Shown one piece after another: positions 55,041 through 64,000 of a stretch of 64,000 nucleotides of DNA (positions are counted from its first letter, which is position 1; each line of letters begins with the position of its first letter). Source of the stretch: Octopus vulgaris (Eukaryota); contig OX597815.1 of assembly GCA_951406725.2 (NCBI GenBank), forward strand, positions 135,160,001 through 135,224,000, written 5' to 3'. The position numbers were made by a program, and so were the translations under genes. A model generated the notes under the pieces. The model searched no databases and was not told the DNA's origin. It saw only the letters and a list, made by a program, of their open reading frames with translations.

Positions 55041-55305
55041 ATAGGAAGAATGATGTATGGCGCAAGAAGCAGAAATGGAATGGAAAGGAGACATAGAAAT
55101 CAGCTTAAGGAAAGTCATAGAAGAGGAACTAACAAGAATTGAAATACCGATGGACTGGCTTTATGAAACCACATGTACAAGGTAAAAGAAGAACACTGAA
55201 TTTCTAAAGAAAAGATATTGAGTATACTTAAAAAGAAAAAGAAAAAGGAGGAGGTAGGGTGAATAAAAGAAATTGATTGCTAATAAAAAAAATTAAAAGG
55301 GGAGA

Positions 55306-55508
55306 TGTTGTACAGTGAAACTTTATACCCCTCCTAGTAAAAAGTGATAGTAGCCAGCCATTATAGCAAGTTAACAAGAGAAGGTTGAGAAGGTAGAGAG
55401 CACATGTAGACTGTTGGTAGCTGTATCTCTGCTGATATAGTAATTATACTGTGATATTGAGTGAGCTTATAACGATCCAACATTTTGAGGATAATAATAT
55501 TGTACGAC
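55306..55508 (+). repeat. Second LTR, preceded by PPT AAAAGGGGAGA and followed by another PBS and leader
   Basis: PPT 55295-55305; 55509-55606 duplicates 52422-52518. Confidence 0.85.
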
Positions 55509-56134
55509 TGGGGGTTGTACAGTGCCTGATAGAACCATTCTATCTGTGACTTCAGAATGTAACAATATCTGTCAGAGCAACAACAGTCATCAAAAGACAG
55601 ATACAACAAAAGCAAAAGACTGCTTTACAACAGTCTGGAATAGCTGTCACTTTATTATCCCCAAGGAAAAAACAATTTACTCCTTTCTCAAACTTCCAGT
55701 TCCTTTAACTGAAACAAGCACTTGCAATGTACCACCCAACTCTGAACATGCTCAACACCTAAGGATCATAAAAATGTTCTCTGTTAATGAGGCATTTATA
55801 ATAAATGCATATGCTTTCAACACAATGGACAAATGTCTTATAACTGGAGGTGACGGCCCATTTGGCAGTACAAAAATGATTCCTGGCATTAACTTCAGAC
55901 AAGAGCTTCCTATAATGTCCAGAATTCCTCCAGCTACTGTTACTGTGTTTTGTATTAAGCAATTAACCAGTGGGAAAAATTTAGTCAGTTCACTTTGATG
56001 ACTAACCTGAGAGTAAAGAAGGACAAAGAGAATTTTCAGAATGGCTTTTCAAATTAAGAAACGACAGACTTCATTCAGCTTCATTTGATATCCCAACTAA
56101 CAGTATTGATATACCTCCTGTCTGTATACATATC

Positions 56135-56283
56135 ATCATCATCATCATCATCATTTAACATCTGTTTTCCATGCTAGCATGGGTTGGACGGTTTGACCGG
56201 GGTCTGGAAGCCATGGAGGCTGCACCAGACTCTAGTCTGATTTGGCAGTGTTTCGACAGCTGGATGCCCTTCCTAACGCCAAA
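56135..56283 (-). mobile_element. 5'-truncated family C element
   Basis: (CAT)n then TTTTCCATGCTAGCATGGGTTGGACGG...GATGCCCTTCCTAACGCC. Confidence 0.85.
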
Positions 56284-56501
56284 CACATGTATACATATAC
56301 ATACATATATATATAGTAATGCAAGCAAGGAAGGATTAAATAAGCCAGGCATTTACCACAGGCAGCACTTATATGATTGATAGCTATCTGAAATTGAACA
56401 ATGGAGATTTCTCCTGTGGACACATAGGCTTCAAACAAGCAAAAAATATGTAAGGTTTATTTCCATTGCAGAGTATAAATGCTAAGTGAAGAATGGAATA
56501 A

Positions 56502-56827
56502 TATGATATTACATTTATTCCATGGCTTACAGTTGTTTCAACAATGTGCAGGTGACCAATCAAGCATCATGTTTATAGACATGGAAGATAATAATGATTT
56601 AGTCATGCATGTTATGTAACGCATATTACACAATAGCTACAGCAGTCATTTCACATCATAACGAAGGTGAGAAATACTCATTTGGTTAAGATTAAATGGC
56701 TATTGTGTAATATACATTATGTAATGCATATGACTAAGCCATTATCACCCATGTCCATAAACATGATTTTGAGTGGTCACGCGCATACAGTAACAATTGT
56801 AAACCATTGAATAAATATAATGCCATA
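56502..56827. repeat. Older foldback palindrome (arms 56502-56637 and 56699-56827)
   Basis: Arms of about 130 bp align in inverted orientation; left arm contains TTACAGTTGTTTC (minus strand GAAACAACTGTAA). Confidence 0.85.
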
Positions 56828-56860
56828 CACTCCGTGTGTGTGTATATATATATATATATT

Positions 56861-57266
56861 AGGTGTAGGCATGGCTGTGTGGTAAGAAGTTTGCTTCCCA
56901 ACCACAGGGTTCTGGATTCAGTCCTATTGCATGGAACCTTGGGCAAGTGTTTTCTACTATAGCCTCAAGCTGGACCAAAGCCTTGTGAGTGGATTTGGTA
57001 GACAGAAACTAAAAAGAAGCTTGTTGTATGTGCATGTGTATATATATGTGTGTATGTGTGTCTTGGTGTCTGTGTTTGTCCCCCACCACCATTACTTGAC
57101 AACCGATGCTGGTGTGTTTACGTCCCTGTAACTTAGCAGTTTGGCAAAATAGACTGATAGAATAAGTACCAGGCTTACAAAGAATAACTCCTGGGATCGA
57201 TTTCTTATACTAAAAGGCAGTGCTCCAGCATGGCTGCAGTCAAATGAGTGAAACAAACAAAAGAAT
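56861..57266 (+). mobile_element. Full-length SINE family B
   Basis: Complete head, CORE-like block, internal microsatellite and 3' module. Confidence 0.9.
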
Positions 57267-60220
57267 AATACACACATACAGGTCGAGATGGCAGAGTAGA
57301 TGAGGTCTTGCACTAGCTACATGTAGATTGTGGATTCAAATCTCCAGCAGGAATTTCATTGGGCCTCAGGACAATATGCTGTACTCTACATTGCCTCAGT
57401 TAACTAATGGTGATGGCAATTGTGATTGCAGTCGTGGTGGTGGGTAGTGGTGATGGGTGGTGGCACTGAAAACATGGTTTTATAATGGTGACAACAAATA
57501 GGAGGATGATAACCACAATATTAACAAAATGATAGGAAAACAAAAGATTACAAAGATGATATAGATAATGAGGATGATGAAAATGACAAAATGATGCTGA
57601 TGAAGACGAAGCCAGCAATGATAATTGCAATAAAGTCAATGATGCTTCTGACAATTATGATAAGGACGTTGATGATACTAATAATGATTATTATGATTAT
57701 GTGAGTTATAATGATAGTTATGATGACAACACAAAATGACGATGATTAGAAGTCAGGAGGTGGAGGCGGAGCAGATTATAGTGATGGTGTATGCTGCTGC
57801 TGAATTAGAATTCGGATAGAGATGTACAAAAGATGCTGGATAATGATAGTATTGATGATGATGATGATTGTTTGGATTCTTATTCATGACAATAACAAAA
57901 GCGATAAGAATGAGGTGGGTAAGTTGAAACAGTTGTGCTGGTGACAGTAATATTTAATAAGGATACAGAAATGTTGCTGGCGATGAAGATACAGAGGAAA
58001 ACTCACAGGAGTAGTGTAAGCATGGAAGAAGAATTTAATCATTAACAGTATTTGATGATGACAATAATTACTCCCCACCACCACCACCACCACCACCCAT
58101 TCTATTTTGATTGATTTTGTTTTAATTTTTGTTTCCTACAAAATTTATTGATTTCAATTCCCCCCCCCCCATCCCACTCCACCGAATTCAGTCCCTTATG
58201 ATGCTTGCCAAGTTTAAGTTTACTGAATAGATATGCAATCTTTCAACATAGCAAACCATATAGAATAACAACATGAATAATAATAATTTTTGATATCATT
58301 ATCACTGATATTAATATTGTTAATAATAATGTTAATGGTGACAACAATATTAATTTGAAAATAACATTGCTTGTGGTGGAGTGGTGTAGCAGTAGCAGTG
58401 GTAGTAGTAGTAGTAGTAGTAGTAGTAGAAGTAGTATGCTAAATAATGTTGATTAGAAATAAACAGAAATTCTTGAAACTGCTTAAACCCCACAGATCAG
58501 CTTAAACAAGTATACTTTTATAAAAATCCTGAAAACAGTTGTTTTAAAAAAAATGAGATTATCATTAAGTAAATGTAGACTACAGAGCCTCAAAAAGTAA
58601 ACTGGAAAAATAATAGCAACAAAACCAGATAAAGAAACAAAAAACAAAAAAAACAAAACCTAAATGCTTAAGAAAGATAACTTAAGATAAATAAATTTGT
58701 GGCAGTTTCAAATGAAATAATTACAAAGCATGTTTGCTAGAAGTGTTATGCAAACTAACAATTTTCAGTGTTTTATTGAAGTAATCAATTCAACTTAGAA
58801 TTATAAGCTGATGAAGAAAGGTCATTGAAAGAAATAAAAGCAAACGAAATTGAGGAAAAACAAAACTAAAGAAATGGTGGAAATTTATAACTACTAACCA
58901 CCATATATATCATTACACTGCAACTTCAGAAATAACAGTAATGATAACAGAGGCTTTATAAGTAAGTATCCATTGACTGGATACTAGTAGTGTTTGTTAG
59001 GATAGTTTTACTTGACTGTGAAACTGGTTCTCAGAATAGTTTATGCTTAGTTGAAAGGAATCAGAAGTAAAACTATTCTCAATATAATTGTTATTATTTT
59101 GGTTGCTGTAATTTAAGCCTGTGGAATGGTTATAAATGGTAGAGCATTGGATTAAATGCCTTAAATGCTTTGCATTATTTAATTATGAAGAGTGGTGTAT
59201 TGGTAGAAATTGTAGAGCCACAAGATAAAATGCCTTTTGGTATGTAGTTAAGTCTGTTTACATTCTAAATTCAAAACCTATTAAGGTCAACTGTACCCAA
59301 TGTTTTAAAATTAAGTATTAGTCAAGTGCTGAGTGTTGACTGAATCTACTATACCCACTCCTCCCAAAATTTGTGGCTTTTTGCCAATGCAAGAAATTAT
59401 GATTTTATTTTACATAGGTTGAGAAATGCATGAAGAATTTGCTTTCTCCAAAAAGAATTAGAAATATTTTCGAAAACATGCATAAAAATAATTTAAGCTT
59501 AACAATACTGTGTGAGAATTCCCTGACATTACTAATGAATCTCAATATTGCTACTTTCTGGAATATACCAATAGTTATCCATATAAGTAGTATAAGTGGG
59601 TGTATACTATTCTTGTAGCAGAAATAAGATGAGGGACACATCGCTAAACCACAATAATGTTTTTAAATCAACAGCTTGGTCAGTGTAATTTCTTAGTTTT
59701 TCAGCTTACTTCTGCACAATATCATAATCCTTTGGGTTTGTTGTGTCCATAATTAGTACACCATTGTCATTTTTATCAAAAAAAAAAAAAAAAAAAAAAA
59801 AGCAATATTGGGATGATTGTGTGCTGCCTGATGACATATCTTTGCTCACATTCGTGAGTATTTTCACATTAGAATTTCATAAGATAGGAGAGGGTTCATA
59901 TGAGTGCTATAGTGATATTTTCTCAAAGGAGCTGAAATTAGATTATCAGGTGTACACAGAGCAACTTTGCTATGTTATTGTGTTACCAAGCATATTTTGA
60001 TACAATGAAGTGTTTTGTTTCAAAAATAGACTGAACAGGCAACACTTGTTATCAATATTCTAGAAATTGTGAATATTCATTTCAGTATATCTAATGATGA
60101 TAGCTTGTGTTTGTACAACAAGTGTTGATGCTAATGCCATCCCATTCAGACTGGATATGTTCATTCAGGTTGAAATTATTTCTTATATATGGAGTAGTAT
60201 TCCATATTATTGTTGTTGCT

Positions 60221-60576
60221 GTTTGTTTGAGCGAAGCAGTCTTTGTCCTGTAGTGGGAGCAGTCCAAAATGTGGTCCTTTGCTATTCGTAAGACCCGCAG
60301 AAGAGAAAGCAGGTCAACCCCTGACACCGAGAGCATCGACGGATGGATGAATGTGTGTCCAGGCTCAGCGGTTGCATAGGAAGTCAGGGACAAGAAACAG
60401 GAAGAAAGAGTGAGAGAAAGAGTACAACAGGGGTCGCTACCACCCCCTGCCAGAGCCTCGTGGAGCTTTAAGTGCTTTTGCTCAATAAACACACACAACA
60501 CCCGGTCTGGGAATCGAAACCACGATCCTCTGACTGCGAGTCCGCTGCCCTAACCATTGGGCCATTGTACCTCCAC
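60221..60576 (-). mobile_element. tRNA-Arg-derived SINE (resembles Octopus OR-type SINEs) with 10-bp TSD
   Basis: A box TGGCCCAATGG, anticodon-loop-like GACTCGCAGTC, B box GTTTCGATTCCC; TGTTGTTGCT at 60211-60220 and 60577-60586. Confidence 0.8.
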
Positions 60577-60587
60577 TGTTGTTGCTA

Positions 60588-61842
60588 AAGAGCTGGCAGA
60601 ACTGTTAGCAGGTTGCACAAAATGCTAAGTGGCATTTCATCTTCATTTTTATGTTCTGAGTTCGGATCCCATGAAGACTGACTTTGACTTTCATCTTTTC
60701 AGGGTTAATAAAATCAGTACCACTCAAGAACAGGGGTTGATATAATTGACTTGCTCTTTCCCATCATAAATTACAGGCACAATCATTAGCATGCTGGACA
60801 AATTGCTTAGCAGCATTTCTTCCATCTATTTATGTTCTGAGTTCAAATACCAGTGTGGTCAGCTTTGCCTTTCATCCTTCCACGGTCAATAAAATAAGTA
60901 TCAAGCACTGGGGTCCATTTAATCAACTAACCCACCAAATTTTTTGAGCTTTGTGCCTACAGCAGAAGGGATCATAAAAGGTGATGAGCAGACAGAAGCG
61001 CTAGAATTCCAGACAAAATGCTTAGAAGCATTTCATACATTTTTATATTCCGAGGTTGACTTTTACCTTTTATCCTTTCAGGATTGATAAAATAAGTACC
61101 AGTTGATCACTGGCATCAATGCAATCAAATAACCTCACTCCATTCCCACAGAAATTTCAACCTTGTGCCTATAGTACAAAGAATTTGGGGATTCTATTTA
61201 TTTATTTATTTCTCTACTTTCTATTATATATCCTGTTTATCCTTTAATGTGGTAGTATCTCCCCTTGATTGATGCTAATTCCACATGTTTTTGTATTTTT
61301 TTTTTGTGCTGTAACTCATCCTTTGATATAGTCCTCCATGTCTTGGGCCCTTGTGGTCAATAAAAGAAATCATTATTATTACTATTTTTATTATTAAGGC
61401 GGCAAGCTGGCAGAATCGTTAGCATGCTGAGTGAAATGCTTAGCAGTATTTCATCTGTCACTATGTTCTGAGTTCAAATTCTGCTGAGGTCGACTTTAAC
61501 TTTCATCCTTTCAAGATCGATAAATTAAGTACCAGTGAAACACTGGGGTCACTGTAATCAACTAGTCCCTTCTCCACACATTTGAGGCCTTGTGCTTCCA
61601 GTAGAAAGATTTATCATTATTATTAAGGTGTCGAGCTGGTAGAATTGTTAGCAAGCTGAGCAAAATGTTTAGCAGTATTTCACCTGTTGCTACATTCTGA
61701 GTTCAAATTCCATCTAGTTAACTTTGCCTTTCATCCTTTTGGAGTCGATGAAATAAATACCAGTTGAGTACTGGGGTCAATGTAATTGACTAGTCCCCTC
61801 CCTAAAAATTTCAGGCCTTGTGCCTATTGTAGAAAGGATTAT
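60588..61842 (+). mobile_element. Head-to-tail cluster of five family A SINEs
   Basis: Units at about 60588, 60785, 60978, 61397 and 61626, each with a TTTCATCCTTTC-type core followed by AAGTACCAG-like and CTGGGGTC-like blocks. Confidence 0.85.
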
Positions 61843-61844
61843 TT

Positions 61845-62270
61845 ATCATCATTGCTGTTTAATGTCTGCTTTCCATGCTGGCATGGGTTGGACAGTTTGA
61901 CTGAGGGCTGGCGAGCCAGAAGGGTGTACCAGGCTCCAATCCAATCTAGCAATGTTTCTACAGCTGGATGCCCTTCCTAACGCTAACCACTCCATGTGTC
62001 TAGTGGGTGCTTTTTATGTGTCACCGGCACGAGGGCTAGTCAGGCAGTACTGGCATTGGCCATGCTTGAATGGTGCTTTTTATGTGCCACTGGCAACAAC
62101 CGTGCTCGAATGGCACTATTTACATGCCACCAGCATGGGACCAGTTAGGCGACACTGGCATTGACCATGCTCGAATGGTGCTTTTTATGTGCCAATCAGG
62201 CAGTACTGTCATTGGCCAATGACTTCACTTGCCTCAACAGGTCTTTGCAAGCACAGTTTATTGCCCAATG
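61845..62270 (-). mobile_element. Family C element with about four 5' units
   Basis: Repeated GGTGCTTTTTATGTG units plus family C 3' body. Confidence 0.8.
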
Positions 62271-63854
62271 ATAGATTATTATTATTTCTAGAAATAGTTT
62301 TTGCGACTTTCTACTACAACACCACTATGCCTCTAGTAATTTTTGTAGTGTGTGTGCGTGTGTGTGTGAAATATAGACATGTTTTAGAATATTACATCAG
62401 TTTTGCTTCATTATGGGGTTAGCTTGATGTTTCTGGCACTATTTGTCATGTAGGGGATATGTAATATGTGTTGCATTATTTTGTTGAGTAGAGACTGGGT
62501 TTTGTAAGTGCTGCATTCTTGGAGTTATGTCTTATTGTTGGAGTATGTTGCAGGTGGTTTGCATATCAGAAATTGAAATTGTATAGCATTTATGTAGCAT
62601 ATGTATTGTATTATTTTATGGGGTGGTTATTATATGGGGTCTGAGTACAAAACGTGTACTGTTTGAGATGTGCTATTGAAAGGGAAAATTTATTGTGTAT
62701 GATGTAGGCTATTATTTTTATATAAGGCTTGTGTGCATTTGTTCACATTTTTTTTATTGATACTGCTTTATATTTTCATACCCTATTTTATTTCAATTTT
62801 AAAACACTTGCTTTTAATAGACATGGTACTAGTATTACTTTCCCAAATGGTTAATAAATAAATTATCATGATCATCACAATCACTATTTGTGCTGCACTG
62901 TGAACAATGTTACACGCTTAAATTTTCCTTTAGTGGTAAATATGCTAAGTACAGACAGCTCACTCCCATATAAAAATCAGGTCACAAATACAAAAAAATG
63001 GCATGCCCCTTTTCTTCACAGGCATTGTTGAGATCAAAACTTCAAGTGAGAAATCTTTGTGAAGGGTGGGTTGTGTTGAGCTGATTTGCCCTAGATATAT
63101 TATATAGAGATAAAAGTTTTCAGTTCTGCTCAAGCGATACATGCTTGCACATTTAAATGTAAATAAATGTGCGTGTGTGTGTGTCTGGGTGAACACTGGG
63201 TTTACACATATGATATATACAGACAGTTACATACAAGCATTGTTATCATCATCATCAATTTAAATTTGCTTTTCCATGCCGTAATGAAATAGATGGATTG
63301 TTAGGGTCTGTGTTTTATGTTCAGGATTACTGCCCAGCCTCAACACAAATTAAAGACCATGATTCACTCATACCTTTCATTTTTGCTATGGTTTCTACAA
63401 TAGGAAAGATGCCTTTCTTATTACCAAGCATTTTATAGAAAGCACTAGATGAATTTTATTGTGATACCAGTTCTAGCAAGGTTGTCTTGTCCCTGGCAAG
63501 ACTACGGAGTCCATTTTATGTCAGGCTGTCCCCACTCAATCAATGACTGCATATTAATATATGCATGCCTATGTACACGTATGTGTAAACAAGAGATAAA
63601 AATGAAGTTGCAACAATAGAGTAATAATTTTTATTTTGGAAGCTGAAATTTCAGAAATCATTACTCCGAGTGGTTCATTGCTGATCTTTGGTTGACAAAT
63701 GGAAATTGGTATATATTAAACATAGCTGTAAAACATTTTCACAAATGTTCAATAATCAGTATACAGACTCAGAGTTTCTGTTTCTAATAATTAATTCATT
63801 CATTTATTCATACACACATACACACATCATCATCATCATTATTATTATTATCAT

Positions 63855-64000
63855 CATCATCATTTAACATCCACTTTTCTGCTTGCATGGATCAGACAGA
63901 ATTTGTTGAGGCAAATCTTCTATGACTGAATGCGATTTCTGTTGCTAACCCTTACCTGCTTCTAAGCAAGGTTATATTTTCCCATGGAAGGCCGGAAATG
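63855..64000 (-). mobile_element. Repeat related to the family C 3' tail (window-truncated)
   Basis: (CAT)n TTTAACATCCACTTTT...GCATGGATCAGACAGAATTTGTTGAGG; decayed relatives near 30800-31000, 32430-32640 and 63245-63500. Confidence 0.6.

Larger units (their letters stand above)
52247..55632 (+). mobile_element. Gypsy (Mag-like) LTR retrotransposon lacking RT/RNase H, with 5-bp TSD
   Basis: TGTTGTA...TACAACA termini; GTCTG TSD (52242-52246 and 55633-55637); gag with CCHC-type knuckles, protease MQLDTGSDITII, integrase HVGHTG...PWSQLHIDFAG...PYHP...AEQFVDTFK. Confidence 0.9.
48750..56110 (+). mobile_element. Decayed autonomous Helitron (Rep/PIF1 helicase) split by a Gypsy insertion
   Basis: CPHCGSLWFCEEALNCC, RQLYIVD, FQQFSVYAYIKVE, GSLRYKLEDYQDA, KPDVFLTYTCNP...RPDLV (Rep motif 1), GLFHVNML (motif 2), DNRYVVPFN...HINVE, helicase FHVEAPEVSQK, STAGS|GIAVTLL, STCNV, PFGS...NFRQELP, TNLR; ends uncertain. 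Confidence 0.9.

Noticed and set aside
60500-60576. tRNA-Arg-like sequence
   Set aside because: It is the head of a TSD-flanked SINE and lacks a proper acceptor stem, so it is not a tRNA gene
60588-62220. Regularly recurring motifs resembling a repeat-spacer (CRISPR-like) array
   Set aside because: Units are whole SINE copies or family C subunits with homologous intervening sequence; eukaryotic context and no cas genes
62370-62760. Strongly G/T-skewed segment
   Set aside because: Probably an antisense decayed LINE fragment, but no motif could be read with confidence

Overview
AT-rich, microsatellite-dense eukaryotic DNA with no credible host protein-coding exon; the long ORF-track entries are low-complexity artefacts or decayed transposon frames. 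The repeat repertoire looks like an intergenic or intronic stretch of an Octopus (cephalopod) genome; this is inferred from repeat recognition, not verified. Contents: four decayed mariner elements, a Tc1 remnant, an internally deleted DD37D/maT-type element, two RTE LINE fragments, a decayed Penelope-like (PLE) reverse transcriptase interrupted by a non-autonomous Helitron and a SINE, a decayed autonomous Helitron whose PIF1 helicase is split by an RT-less Gypsy element with an apparent tandem-LTR structure, and many copies of several tRNA-derived SINE families, some with clear TSDs. Family letters A-E are working labels used here only. The most notable signal is a set of foldback palindromes. 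The largest (47084-47613) carries a PLE-type minimal type I hammerhead ribozyme motif in each arm, one with an intact CUGAUGA core and one mutated.
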